Positions 36,862 to 50,852 of a stretch of DNA of 64,000 nt are shown here, in pieces; positions within the stretch are counted from its first letter, which is position 1; each line of letters opens with the position of its first letter. The notes under the pieces are model-generated. The model was not told the origin of the DNA and searched no databases. It saw only the letters and a program-made list of their open reading frames with translations. Both the position numbers and the translations under genes were made by a program. Origin of the DNA: Marsupella aquatica (Eukaryota; Plantae; Marchantiophyta); contig OZ316894.1 in NCBI GenBank assembly GCA_973895155.1, positions 1,278,953 to 1,342,952 on the forward strand, in the 5' to 3' direction.

Positions 36862-38678
36862 TCCTAAAGTATAATACACAGTTGCGCCACTTTTTAGAGT
36901 GGTCGTCATTCAAATTTGAAGGGCATAAAAATTTAAAAATGTGATCAAAGGTAAGTAATAAAATCAAAATGTGTATTGAGTTTAGTGTGACACAAAAAGT
37001 TACACCATTGTCCAAGACAAGCCAAATAATCACACGAGACACCCCAAAAAGTGAAAGACTTTAATTAATGCACGATAATCAATGCACGAGTATCAAGGAG
37101 GATACTCCCTCCAGGCCTCCATGATCCGTATTGTATATATTCAGAGTATTCTACATATTCAATATTATGTGCAACATAGTTTTGTATAATAGTGATAAGA
37201 GGAGTTTAATTGCTAATAATATTTTAGTCACTTGATAAATAAAAAATTGTTCTCCCAATATTTGTGGTGATTTTTAGAGTCATTTGCACTATCATTTTCA
37301 ATGCCAAAAAACAACAGTAATAAGGCCCAAAGACATAGTGAAACGCATGACACGGACGTTGATGGCAAGTTGTCGGGCGAGGGGCACACTTGCAATGTAG
37401 GGCAGCCCCTCGAAGGGCTCCAGTCGCGCACAGGTGGGGAGGGAGGGGGCGGCGAGCGAGTGGAGTGATGGTGAAATGGGGAAAAGGGGGAGGTTAAGGT
37501 TTAAAAGGAACATAAGAGGAAAAAAAGTTTAAAAGGGGGGGGAACACCTCTCATTTTGTTATACTTTTGTGGTTGTCATAGCCAGTGGTTTGTGCAATGA
37601 CGTCTTTTATTCAAAGAATTTTTTTGTGCAAGGAGAAAAAAGAAAAAGGGAACTTTTGTGGCTGCCGTGGCCAGTATTTTATTCAATGATATCTTTCATT
37701 CAACAAAAAGTTTTGTGCAATTTTTTATTCAATGATATCTTTTGCACCATGAGCTATTTCTCAACAACATCTTTAACCAAACAACATCTTTTATGCAACG
37801 CACGGGGATTGAAAGGATAGCGATAAAATGGTCATCTTTGCTAAACCCTAAAACCTTAAACCTGAAACCGATAATATAACATTGCGCCAATGTATAGAGT
37901 GGTCGCCATTCAAATGCAAGGGCATTTTGGGTAAAAAAACAAACAAAGAAAAAGACTTGCTCCTTCTCTCCTTGACTTTTTACTTCATAACATCTTTCAC
38001 ATAATGACGACTTGGATGAAACGACACCTTTTTTTTCTTTATAACATCTTTTACTTCACGGTATCTTTGGCAAAATGACACATTTTTCTTATCAACATCT
38101 TTCACATAATGGCATCTTTGGCAAAATGACTTCAAGGACATCTTTTGTGCAATGCACGGGTATTTTCCCTCAACGATGTCTTGGCTGACATGACATCTTT
38201 TCCCTCAATGATGTCTTTGCTGACACGACATATTTTTTCTCAACGACATCTTGGCCGACATGACAATTGTTTTCTTGACAACATCTTGGCCAACATGACA
38301 TCTTTTTTCTCAACGACCTCTTGACCGACATGACACATTTTTTCCTCAATGACTTCTTTTCTCTTAACGACCTCTTGGCCATCTTTTTTTCTCAACGACT
38401 TCTTTTCTCTCAACGACCTCTTGGCCGACACAACATCTTTTCTCTCCATGACCTCTTGGCCGACACTACATCTTTTTTCTCCACGACCTCTTGGCCGACA
38501 CTACATCTTTTCTCTCCACGACCTCTTGGCCGACACAACATCTTTTTCTCTCCACAACCTCTTGGCTGACACTACATCTTTTCTCTCAACGACCTCTTGG
38601 CCGACACGACATGTTTTTTTCTCAACGACATCTTGGCCGACATGACTTCTTTTGTGCAACGCACGGGTATTGAGCTAG
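36862..38678 (+). mobile_element. Non-autonomous Helitron with internal minisatellite
   Basis: 5' A^TCCTAAAGTATAATA and 3' hairpin GTGCAACGCAC...GAGCTAG^T. Removing it restores a tandem ACATGTTACATAATGAC(C/T) duplication at the A^T site. Confidence 0.8.
38163..38650. repeat. About 39-41 bp minisatellite inside the Helitron
   Basis: TTTTTCTC(A/C)ACGACCTCTTGGCCGACAC(A/T)ACATC units, roughly a dozen degenerate copies. Confidence 0.9.
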
Positions 38679-41061
38679 TGTTACATAATGACTAGGAAAA
38701 GTACAAATGCACAGGACTATCTTAAAAACTTGAGCACATAAGGTACACATTCAAACTTGTTTTTGACACTCAAATGAGTCAAAAATTGTGCAGGATAGTC
38801 CATTTTTTTATAAGCAATTTAAACTAAAGTGGAAAAAATTTGTTTTAAAATCTGACAAAAATTAGTGTTACTTGGAGTCAAAATCATTTTGTACTAACAC
38901 TAATTCTTGCATAACATTAATTAAGGTGAACAATGTAGTTACATTGGACAAGAACATGGTTGCACCAGTTTGAAAATTCTACTTGGACAGAACTGTGAAA
39001 TGTGTTAGGAAAGTGGATTGAAATGTTTCTGTGCAATTCATAGGGGGGTGGGTTGGGGAGGAGGGCATTCCATGGGAGCATCTTTCCCAACGTTGCAGTC
39101 CATGGGTGCTTCTTTAAAAACAAAAAGAATAAAATTAAAATGCACTAAAAAATGCAGTTTGCATAAGTGTAGGTCAATGCTCACTAAATTTCAAAATAGC
39201 GACACTCAACAACAAATACATAACTGCATTTTTATCTATAAGTATACACATGCATTTATCAATTCCTGCAATGCATTTAATCACAACAAGCAGTTGTTGA
39301 TAAGTGCAACAAACAATAACATAGAGTAGCTTCATGTATTTGTCAAGCTGAATCATGCAATATGAGGGCTAGGGGTATGAGGTGTGTGATCTGACACACA
39401 AAGGAGAAGTTCATAAGGAATTTCCCATGCACTTACTAGATAGTGCAGAACATGCACATATGGATAAGTGCATAAGCAATTTCCCATGCACTCATAAGAT
39501 AGTGCAGACTATGCACATGGAGAAGTGCAAAAATAATTTCCTATGCCTTTATAGGAATAGTGCATTCTGTAGATTAATGATTGCTAGCAGTGTCTTTGCC
39601 AAAGCCTGTACTTAGACACTGTTCATTGTAAGAGGGGTGTTGAGACCTATGGGGGTTAATGGTTCACTGGCTCAATACATGGGAGCATTAGCTTCTTTTT
39701 TCAATGTACTTCCAAGCTTATGCTTTGTGAAAAATAGATTCCCACAAAATTAGAAATCACAGCCATAGAGAAGTTTTATGGACCCACGCAAATGAAAATC
39801 ATTACTCGATGGGAACCCTAGTGACCCAGAAGGTTGATAGATCTGAGATCAATGTATTTAAACCTCAAGGGTCCCCTCAAGTAACACTCTTTTTCAAGGT
39901 TGTGCGTTCACTTATTATTGTCCTTGCCCTCTAGTTTATTCCTCCCCATGTGTGGGTTTTCCTTGGGGTTTTCATTCCTCATTGTAAGTTACACCACCGT
40001 AGCATAAAACGAAGCTTGACAAACACAATAAAAATATCAGGAAGTCCAATCATAAATGAACACAGGACCTGAAAATAAGATTAAATTCATATGGTCTCAT
40101 TTATGAGCATAATGAGAGATATGCTAAATAGACCCCCACCCCAAAAAGTTTGCTTGATCAACCTTCTCAAAATGTTTTTGCCCTGATTGACCCCCTTTTG
40201 AGAAGCCATACATGATGTTCTTCTAAGAGTTCTTCTAAGGTGAAATTCTAGGTTAGAAGGACCAAACTAGGTTAATAGTGACTATAGGCCTTTGAACCAC
40301 AAATCCTGCTCAATTCACAATGATCACGCGCAGTCAAATTGCATGGCCTGCATGGTGCTACTCACTGTAAATTGGGTGAAGCTGCTCATTTCTCAGAATC
40401 CAAACTATGAGATCAAATGTGAAGACACTCATGTGATTGTTTTCCTTGGCATAAGAGTGCAGATGGCTGACACAAGTGGTTTGGGAAGACATTGTGGCCT
40501 TGTATAAGGTCTCTAATAGGGCATCTCAAATGGGGGGAGGTAACATTACCGTGCCACATATGGCAGGAGTTACAGTCTCCCCTGTCTCAAAGCAAATATA
40601 TTATTTTTTCCTCAATTCTTGATCAGCCACTGCCTGAAATGTAGCAGCGATCATCACGTCAGGAGCAAATCCCACACATTTTAAGTTGTGACTTTTAGGA
40701 GTTCTGGAATCTTGGATTATTGGATTTTTACTTAAAATTGTGGGAAAATTATGGGTTAAGTATTGAGTCTGCAGGCTTTCCTCAAGGTAGACAGAGATAG
40801 ACTCCCATAATTTTTAGAGGAGTTCCCATAATACTTGAATTATCCGAAGATCTTATTTTGTCAAAGCCAAGCTTTGAGACGCGCTAGTATTTCTCTCCGC
40901 ATAGGCGGGTCGACATACTATCTCCTGATACCCGTATGCCCTTAATACTATACATTTTGGGGGTCTATGAATCAAAGACCTCGAAAAGCGCGCCCCTGTC
41001 CTTTTGAATGCAATGATTCATACTGATGCAATGATACAGCTGGAGCTGAGCTCAACGTTCA

Positions 41062-41095
41062 TCTCTCTCTCTCTCTCTCTCCCTCTCTCTCTCTC
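41062..41095 (+). repeat. (CT)n tract at the probable promoter/5' leader of the LMBR1 gene
   Basis: Read directly; begins a CpG-rich region running to the ATG at 42359. Confidence 0.8.
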
Positions 41096-42358
41096 GCTTC
41101 GTGTTTTCGACTTCGAGGCAGAGACGAACGAAAGAGCGTCGAGCGAGCAGGTGAAGGACACGGACAGAGTCGCAGAGCAGAATTTGGTTTCGCGCTCTCT
41201 CGTCGAGAGCCATGGCACCAGGCATTGCGGTCGGAGGTTGAGAGAGCTCCGCACCCCTCGCGCGCCATCATCATTCTCTCTGGCGCCGCCCTTTCGCTCC
41301 GACCATTGCGCACTCTCTCTCCATCGCATTGCCCAGCGTTCCTTTCTGTCACATTATTGCCTCCCTTTTCTGCCTCCCTTTTCTGCCTCCCTTTTCAGCA
41401 GGTTTCAGTGCGTAGTTCGATTTCGACGTCGATTGGTGAGGACGAGCGCTCACTCTGTAGCAGCGCCTTCCCTTCCTGCCGCCCCTTTTGCCCCCTCGCT
41501 CCGTCTCTCCTTTGCACGCAGAGCGGAGCATCGCATTGTCTTGTTTTTTGTATTTGTGCATTCATTCTGGTGCGCGATTTCGCCATCGAGTATCAAGTCC
41601 TCTCCGTCTTCGACCTCGCGCTCGGAGCGAAAGGTGAGGCGCGGCAAGGCAGACTCTGGACACTCTGCTTGCGGTGTGTACTTTTGATCCGCTTCCTCTC
41701 GCGCATTCCATTTCATTGCATTCCATTCCGTTTTACTCCTTTCTAAGGTTGTGTATTGTTGCTGGTTTGCCAACAGATAGTCTCCGGCTTCGTGTCTGGG
41801 AAGCAGGACCAGTCGGGAAAGAAGCGCGGCTTGGCTGGGTGGTGGGATGGGAGACAGAGACACTCCGGCATTACAGCAACGTAGTTAGCTAGGTTTCGTA
41901 GAGAGGCATGGTGACGATAAGATGGAGCGCAACGTTAATCACATTCTCGTGCCTGATTTGCGCGGATTTTGATCGGTGCTGAGGCTCTCGTCTGCTAGGC
42001 AAGGTATTTCGACTGGGTAAAGATAAATTGTTGCTGGAGCCTGTGAGGCATTAGGCAGTGGATTCTGAACATTGTTGGACACTGTGCGGGGGATACATTA
42101 TTGGAGAGTTCGTACGGCTAGCAGGGCACGTGGACGGTGCGCTTGGACGACGTCGGGTGGTTGTTTGAATTCGGAGGAATGTGTGGATTTTCGTAGCTAC
42201 GAGTTTGTAGGAGTATCTGAAGCCCGCACTTATCTATTCGGCGCTTCTGATATCGGCATTGTTGTCCTGGGAATCCCTTCCCCTCAAGATTGACCTCTGT
42301 TCTGTTCTGCCCTCGTCTTGGAAGAAAGCCAGGATCCTTCTTTTTGGCAGCAGGAACG

Positions 42359-45300
42359 ATGGGGGACTTTAATGTAGTGCTGTTGATCATCTGCATTATC
42401 ATCTGCATTGTGACGGTCATCTTCAACTTGTACGTACTCATTAATTACCAACATCCCGATGACTCGAATCAAGCGTACTTTCCGAAGTTCCTCGTCGTGT
42501 TGGGCCTTTCAGTGGCAGAGATTTCTATACTGATGCTCCCGGCTGACGTCGCCAACAACCATGCATGTAAACATTCTATATGGAATGGAGCTTGTAATTA
42601 CACGCTACCGATGAAGAAGCTCTGGTATGCGGTGTACTGCATCGATGCTGTTCTGGTTTTTATCATCATCCCGTTCGCGATCTTTTACTACGAAGGTGAT
42701 CAGGAAAAGTAAGTTGTGTGCAACAACAATTGGGCGTCTAACCCTTCGTAGTGCTAAGCCTTCTGCATTGTTTTGTTTTCCCATTAGTTGTCGCGAGCCT
42801 TTCCGGATTGAATGCTTTTGCTCAGTCGATTCATCACTCGTGCATAGCCCATCGACAGTGTTGACAAGACTTACGCCTCCCGTTTCCGGACATGTTGTGG
42901 CATGGGATGGTTTGCGTCTCTGCCTCTGTTTCCTGAGCTGAATTATGGCTCTTTGGAGCTGAGGGAATTACTTTTGTACAGTTCTTTGCATGGTGGGAGC
43001 AATTCTTTCCTTACCAACTTTTTAAATTACAGGACATGGACGCAGCGGGCATTTAGTGCCACCATCTGGTGTGTAGCATTAGCCGTGGTCGTCGGGCTTG
43101 TTCTCGGCATTCTATATGGTGAATTATTCTGACTCCTCCACATGCTGGGATAGTCAAGTTCCGTTGGGAGCATGGATGGTTTGGCTTTAATCCTTGGTCA
43201 GAGATGTATCTCTATCTGTCGTGCTCATAACAATCCCCTTCAGTGGCATGCGACGTATGCCAATCCAAATTTGAAGGTTACAAGCAATTTGAATGTGATC
43301 ATTGGACTCGGCTTGCCTGGTCGCCCACTTTATTCAGAACTTGCATGGCCCTGTTTTCTGCTCTCATTTCCTTCAATCTTTCAGTTTTAATTTCAGATCG
43401 GATTTGAATTTGAAATTTGAAATTTTCTCTGTATTGGTCCGTCAAATCTGTCGTGATTGTTAGGGTCGTGCACCACGAACGAGTCTTACCTATTAGTGTC
43501 TTTGTGCATTTCACTTATGGATCCTGCTTGCTGTTCTCCTGACTCTCGGCTGGTTTTCAAAGGTCTCGTTGGCTACGTTGACTTCACCGTGAGGAAACTC
43601 ACTTCAAATACTGAAGCATTTACAACCGATTTCAGTACTCTCACGGCAACCAATCCGTGCCTTGCATGGGCTGGCCAAAAGCCCCAGGTGCTGATGCATA
43701 TTCTAGTTGGAACCTTATTTTCACAGGCACTAGCTCGTAAAGTAGTGGTTGGTTGACAGACAGAATTTTCCGTTGGCTATTTTTGCATGAGGATGGGATT
43801 TTGTTTAAAACCTTCTGGTGCGTTTCGCAGAGTTTGGCTGACTGAGATGCTCTTTGCCTTCTTCTGTTCGCGTTCTGCCATCCAGTTGCGTACTGAACGT
43901 GGTCTTCTAAGCATTACTTCTGAACAGTGTGCAGCTTCCTTGGCAGCCAGTAATTCAGTAGCGACGTGGTCAATGCGCACTTCGTTCCCCGAGTATGTCA
44001 TTGCCTTGAGCACCATTGTTGGCTCCGTACTATTTTCGGTAAGTTGCGAGATCTCAAGCAGTGAGGCGCAGTATTTTTCCTGTTGATTCGCAATTTTGTC
44101 GTACTTAAGGGATAATTTCCTGTCGATCATAGGAGCAATATTCTGAGATGGTACTCTACGACTCGAGGATTGAGACTGCATTATGATGGGGAGCTATTTG
44201 TTTGTGTGGCCATTGGCCCTTTGCTATTTTTGAGGTTTCTAACGAAGTATTTAAACGTATCCTTCCAGTTTTTTGGGGGAATAGGAATTGCTTGCTTGCC
44301 CCTGAGTATGATATTCTCGTTCTTAAGACGTCCAAAGGCTATCATTACCCGAGCACAGTACATCAAGGTTTGCTCCGCGGATTTGCTGTAGTTCCTGCAT
44401 TGAAAGAGACGATTATGATATATGTACTTGGTTTAGTATTGCCAACATAATAGATTCCTGGTTGATTCCCAGTTACTAGAGATTCCGTCGTTATTATTAT
44501 ATCTCCATTCTGGAGAAGTAGTTATATTGTATAGGAAAAAATACTATTATAACGATTCCGAAACACAAAGTAGTGGCATGAGAAAGAAGCAGTTTCACGT
44601 CTACCATAATTCAATCCTAATAATTTCGACGTGCAATAAAATCTGACTTCGGAATACCGCTTGGCCTCTTGTATCTTCAGGAAGCAACAGAGCTCGGGAA
44701 ACGTGCAAAGGATATTCGTGACATCGCCTTGGCACTTCAGCGCGAGGAAAGAGCGGGAAGCAAAGGCAGGAAATGGAAAAAGAATGTGAAGCAGGTTCAG
44801 CAGGTAGCTTTCGTTTAGCGTCCTCATCAATACCGGCAGATATGCGATGCCAAGTTTTCCTTGCTGGTTTCCGAGGTCATGGGCGGGTCAAAGTTTTGCA
44901 CTTGCGATTCTTTCCTGCCGGTGATTGCGCAATTAGTTATGCTTGCAATCTGACGAGTGATGTATTCCACTAAATCTGTCTAAATGATGTGATTCGTGAA
45001 TTTTAGGAGCTCATATATCTGGAGCAAGATCAGGAAGCACTAGAAGAGGTGTATCCACAGGGAGAGAAGGTGCGTATATCAGAATTCGTGTGAAAATCGA
45101 GGCTAATTTTTGATACACCTGTCACCTTACAGGAGATACTTGGCTATATTCTGAGTGTTGACTTGCTTCGATTGTTCGATGTCGTTAAGCCTTTAGAGTC
45201 AGGATGGTTTTGGAAAACAAAGGAAGATGCCAATGAGAAGCGTCCTCGGCAGGTCAGCCTAGGGACTTATTGTTGCAGATCTGATGGGTATTTTTTCCGT

Positions 45301-47198
45301 TAACAGGCTGACACCTCATGGGCCCTCACCGTGCTTAGCTACTTGGGAAAACTTCTCTTTGGACTTATTGGGTAAGACATCTTCTTATCGGAAGTTTTGA
45401 TATTTGATTTGGAACTATCTTTACTGAACGAGGAATGGAATGGCATGGGCCAGACTATGGAAGCTTTTAAGATTTCTGTTGAGTTGATAGGGAGGACGAG
45501 TCCCCAATCCCGCTTCGTCGTCTCACAAAACACTAACGATTTACATGTGCAAGTAGTCCTCTAATGGTGCCGACCATTATATCTTAGAAATTGTGGACAC
45601 TCAATTACTTCTGGAGTCGTTCTGCCTACCGCTAGCTGTTTACAGAGACATCCAGTGACAAACTACTATTTTTGTCCTTGCAGCCTGGTCGTCTCCGTAA
45701 TATGGATTGTCCACATCATCCTCTTCATGCTGGTCAATCCCTCAGTGACTCCGTTTCTGAATAGTTTCTTCATCAAGTTGGACAAAGCTTGGGGTGCGTA
45801 TGCCTCGTTATTGTGGGTTTATACCAGTTTCGATGGATAGACATGAGACACTTGCAAGCAAACGATCCAAAATTTTGGTTGACTTCTCTCTCGTTCAATG
45901 AGAATAATGCTTCAATTTGGAGTGTCTTGCAAGTGAATTATTCATCATGTTTAATTGCGGTCTGTTCGCTGGCAGTTTCTCTGTTCTCGATATCGGTGGT
46001 GGTACTTTTCACAGCAGTTTTGCTTCTTAATAGCGGTGATGGTATTTTGCTGTTGTACTTGTGTGAAGTGGTTTGATGTGTCAATCTGAGTCAAGGCTGA
46101 TGACAGTGTCACTCTTGCAGGTTTATTGGGGACGTCGTTTTTTGCCTTCTTCTGCCTATACTTGATTCTTGCAGTAGTATCGGGAGAGATGCACGTGGGG
46201 TTGAATTTTCTTGTCTTCACCATACATCCAATGAAGTAATTTCCATCCTTTTTCTCATGCTCCACATATCGAACACCGTTGTCAGATTATCTTGTTTAGA
46301 TTGTTCATTTTGAGACTTGACCATTTTCTAAATCAGTGTGCATCTGAAGTTTTTGCCTCAAACTGGGAGGTCATTCCCTTTTGTTTCATTTTGGCTACTG
46401 TCCTCTGCAGATACGGAGCTACTCTCATGAACTCCTTCCTGTTCAACGTTGGGTTGATTCTTCTCTGTTCGATCAGGTTTGATTTCTTTGATGTCATAAA
46501 TTGCCTGCTTTTTCCCATTTGAGGTAGCCACTTAAGCTAATGAATATCCGAGATTCCCAAACCTGGGGTCTTCCAGTAGTCGATTTATCTTTGATCTTTT
46601 AAGTTTTTTGTTTCCGTCTTGCAGTGTCATTCAGTTTTGTTCGAAAGCCTTTTCAGTATATGCACAAGCTACAGCAGTGCAAGAAATATTTGGAAACCAG
46701 CTTGAATCTCTTCGGGGAATAAAATATCTCTTCAGGTGTGTTCCTGGACTGGGCTCGTAGATTTGTTGGAAGTTGATGTACTACATGCTGTTTGGTGCGG
46801 AATCTTTGGATATTATCTTCAAGGATAGTTTGTATTATATAGAAAGGTTAATGATAATCCTGAACGACTGCCATTATCTGACAAAATGTCTTCTTCTCCA
46901 GGTTCAACATATTTCAAATCGCTTTTGTTATATTTGCACTTTTGACCGCTATTTACTACTTGACTTTCGTAAGTATCACATCATTACACATGTTTTAGAG
47001 GCTTTTCTTGGAATGACGAAGTAAATCCTAATAATTCACAGCCCACCGAGCCAAAGACAAAGGGATCCATTTTACTCCCTATGGTATGTTTAATGTCCTC
47101 ATTACTGACATTTCTCTCTTTCACGTTCTCGCCTGCTTGGTTCTCAACAGGGATTCAAGAAGAAAAGATCGAGAGGGAAGTTCCAGCTCAGTGTCTGA
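42359..47198 (+). CDS. LMBR1/LIMR-family membrane protein, 14 coding exons: 42359-42708, 43033-43118, 43563-43687, 43928-44038, 44269-44367, 44681-44803, 45007-45069, 45307-45371, 45684-45793, 46121-46235, 46411-46476, 46625-46735, 46902-46968, 47151-47198
   Basis: MGDFNVVL...[15 protein letters not shown]...[10 protein letters not shown]...FYYEGDQEK; [11 protein letters not shown]; [27 protein letters not shown]. All introns are GT-AG and the frame is continuous to TGA at 47198. Confidence 0.93.
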
Positions 47199-50100
47199 AG
47201 AACTCACCAGTAATCGAGCGTTTTTACTTGGCTCACTTCTTTACGAACCTTTAAAGCTGTGTTATGTGCGCTTCACACCAGGCAGGATTCTCCATGGAAA
47301 TATTGTGTGGTCTGGTCAGAATACGAGTGACCGTTAAACTCTTGCCCGGAGCCGTGTTGGTTTCTGGTTTAAGTCACCCTCCAGAGCACCAAAGGAAATG
47401 TCTCATTTCAATGGGAGGTGTTACAATAGTAACGACATAGCCAGTGCCGTTTTTTCTGTCCTCTAGGGGTTAGTTGCTATGCGAGGGTTCCATGTGTTTG
47501 GTTCGGATGTGCGTCACGTTGCTCAGCTTCGAGTGGAACTCCTTCACCTCTGCCATACAAGTTGCTGCCACCTGTGTAATCAAAGTAGTGAAAATCTTGA
47601 TAGGTGGTAGGGTTTATGCTAACTGGTAGAATCCAAGAACATTCTACATGATGTTGAATACTCGTGGTCGCGCACATTATACATATTGTGCAGAATCTTC
47701 ATGCTGGGTTTACTAAGTTCCACGATTTTGCTGGAATGTCCGCCCGTTGGCAAATGCTCTGGGCAATATATGTGGGAAACAGGCTTGGTATTATGGGCTC
47801 CATTTAGCTTGGCGAGACACATTTTGGTTGGACATCTATTGATTTCCTCTGATATAAAATATTAATGATGGACCTGGCGGTGGAAGGTACTATCTCTTTA
47901 TTGGATACGGTGCATTTGAGCAGCCGTTCGGTGTATTTAAGCTTTCAAAGGTTTTCTTCTAATGGAAACATCTTGGAGAACCCAGCGTCCGTCAGAATTG
48001 ATGTGGCCAGAAATCGTGTATTGAATTCGATGTCGTTGCAGATATTGGCCTAATTGTCCCTGATGGTTTCCGGACAAGAAAGATTAGTTCACAATCCACG
48101 TGCATCTGATAGGTCTGTTAAGGCCAAGTGGGTCTGGAAGAAGGCAGCCAAGGTGGAGTTTCAGCTTACAGGAGTTGATTTAAGTTCAATCGCTTGGATA
48201 GTTGCCCAAGAGACAATACACGATGAGACTGGATGTCTCCTACCTGATTGAGCCAGCTGGTATTCGTCGATGATATTACTATTGAATTTGGAGATAGTGC
48301 CAATCGTGAATGTTCACTGCCGGATGCTGTTTGTGAGCTGAAGAGTCCGGCAGCAGCGGAGGGCTTAATTCCCTTACCATAATATGACTCCCTAACATCA
48401 CCCGTCGGGTGTGCATGGTGTATGTGAGTTTCAGGCACGGGTCCAGCACCATGTAGTTAGTTCCGGGGGCCGTGATTACATTAGGACTTTATGCGGTGAT
48501 CTTTGCAATCGAGGTGGTGAAATTATGCTGAACCAACGCGTAAAGTGTTGGAGCAAGCTTTTGTCGGGACCCTTGAACCCGTGGTCGACTGTCGGTCATA
48601 CTTTGCCGGGCTAACTTGGCATCAGGCTACAGGTGCTACGGAAGCCGGCATGAGTAAATTCAATTCCAAGTCTACGTATTGCAGCTTTGACGTGAGCAAA
48701 CAGGACAGGCTTCTGGGTGCTAGCAGGGCGCATGCGTGCAAGGTGTTTTGTGATTGAAACGGGCACACATGAAGATGTTGCTTGAGAATGCAGGGAATCT
48801 CAGTGCTTGGCAAACAGTACTTGATTTGCAGGACCCACCCAGTATCATTGTCTTCGCTAAAATGTGACAGTATTTTAAACAAAGTTTGGCTTAGTTGGGG
48901 ACAAGCTGGCTAGCGTGTACATAGAGAGTTTTGTTTTTTCCTACTAGGAGTACAAGAGTATTGTACTGTGAATTTAATCTTTGAGTTTTTCCTCCAGTAG
49001 AGACAAATATATGGTACTGTGAATTTCATCTTTGCAATTTTTATTATTATTCCTTATTGCTTGCACCCTATAACCGCCCAACTTCATGTGTGACTAAGGG
49101 GAAATGTGTGAGCCAACTGTATGAACTTTTCATGTCTGGCTAAAGCGGAAATAGACAATAGGAGCGAAAAATTCTTTGAGGGAGACAGGTGTATGAACTT
49201 TTCGTCCATATCAGGGAATTATGACCAATAAAAGTATTTTGGGGCAGACCACGATGCCTTCTGAACAACTATTTACTATGTACATCTACTATTCTAATGA
49301 GGAATCCGTTCAAAAATGGTGAGTAGGATGTTTACAAACTCATTTTTGGAGGGAACGCTTTCTGACCATTGGCAGCCCAAGAGAAAGGGGGCAAACTGGC
49401 CATGAGGAGAGGCCATGAGGAGAGGGGAAGTCACCTTCCACCTAGCTTGATGAAGAATAGTGCAATCCTGAGCATTCTCAAGTGGAATGAAGATACTCTA
49501 TCTAAAGAAGGTCAAATACACAACTCCCCCTCCCAATCCATCTTCTTCATATGGCCAGAGCTCTCTTATGGAAGGCCATCTGCCAGGTCAGATTGATGGC
49601 CTTCATTCCAAGTGATGGGCTAATAGGGTGTCCCAAACCTGCGCATTCCCAAGAATTTTTTGACAGCTGTAATGGAAAACATGTGTTGGCGGTCATGATG
49701 GAAACTGGGATTTTGGTCAAATTTACCTCGCCCAGGTTTCGCTTTGAGACAGGTCACACCATGGCCCTGCCAAACAGCACACGTCATCAAAAGTGCCAAC
49801 CATTCTTGAAGGGCAGCGATGCATATCTTGTGGAGTGATTCTTCGTGGGGATGCCGGTGCCCCGACCACCCGAGTTATTGAAGGTCATGGTTACTTCTCC
49901 ATTTGGTGAATAGTTGCGTCAAGGTCATTAGGCTATTAACCTCTAATGCAAAACTTGCCAAAATCAGACTTCAGTGAATTTCCAAAGTGTCCAATTATTT
50001 GAAAGTACATTGACAAATTAGACGACAAATCTTTTACAAACAGAATTCAGCTACTAGAAAACTAAGGGTTCATTGTTGAGAAAAGCAGACTTCTCAATGG

Positions 50101-50533
50101 GTCTTGAGAAAGTAGTCATCTCAACTCAAATTGAGTGCCATGGCACTTTAGTGGTTGAATATAGTGTCATGCAATGCCCAAATCAACTAATGTAGTATAA
50201 AATTGTGCCTTGGGTTTAATAATGTTCTAAAACTAGTTAAAAATATCTCATAGATCTTAAGTGTTTTAATGTCTCCTAGCAAAGCATTATGAACCATATT
50301 AGCCTCTCAAAACTCAAGCTAAAAGCCTTTATGTTCCTGGTCATTATGAAAAAGATTGCAAAAATTAATTTATTCATTAAAAGTGAATTATTATTCAATT
50401 TATGAATATTTGGGTAATAGAAGTATACATTTGGCTTTCAAAAAGTGTACAATTGGGCAAGAAATCAGATGTACCACCATGTTCATCCTTTGTAAATGAA
50501 CTAGGATGAGGTTGCTTCTAATCAAGATCATTT

Positions 50534-50852
50534 GCCTTGAAAACCAAAAGCAGGCCCATCCAACAGAGGATAGACGTCTTGCTTTGGAGCATGCATTTCT
50601 ATGTAGGGCAGCCACAAGGGGACAATACCCAGGGATCCGACAGGGACCCAGACCAGGAGGGAGAGAGGATTAAACCAGAACCCAAAGTGGACAACCAGGG
50701 CTGAGGAGATAATCAATACTCCCACCACTACACCCCACCCACACACACACACATACCATCCACACCCCTTATGTGTGGAGGGAGGATTGAACCTGGGACC
50801 TCTTGGTTCTAGGCTCATCCTCTCGCCAACTAACCAAAGCCAGTTGGTTTAG
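50534..50852 (-). mobile_element. tRNA-derived SINE
   Basis: Minus-strand head with an A-box-like TGGCTTTGGTTAGTTGG and a B-box GGTTCAATCC. Flanked by the 12-bp direct repeat TCAAGATCATTT (50522-50533, 50853-50864). Confidence 0.65.

Noticed and set aside
37841-37870. Interstitial telomere
   Set aside because: Only 3-4 degenerate CCCTAAA-like units inside the Helitron; too short.
38163-38650. CRISPR-like periodic repeats (also 63600-64000 and 30014-30075)
   Set aside because: Units are contiguous and degenerate with no unique spacers and no cas genes. They are Helitron minisatellite and transposon subterminal repeats in a eukaryotic context.
41004-42293. Several 70-227 aa ORFs upstream of LMBR1
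   Set aside because: They lie in a CT/GC-rich promoter and 5' leader, overlap on both strands and show no domain; likely non-coding.
49280-49920. Small hairpin and a possible zinc-knuckle retroelement remnant
   Set aside because: The inverted repeat is short and imperfect with no TSD, and the peptide similarity is too weak to support a call.
50775-50850. Possible tRNA gene
   Set aside because: A/B-box-like motifs are present but I could not fold a convincing cloverleaf. It has an unrelated tail and flanking direct repeats, so it is called a SINE.
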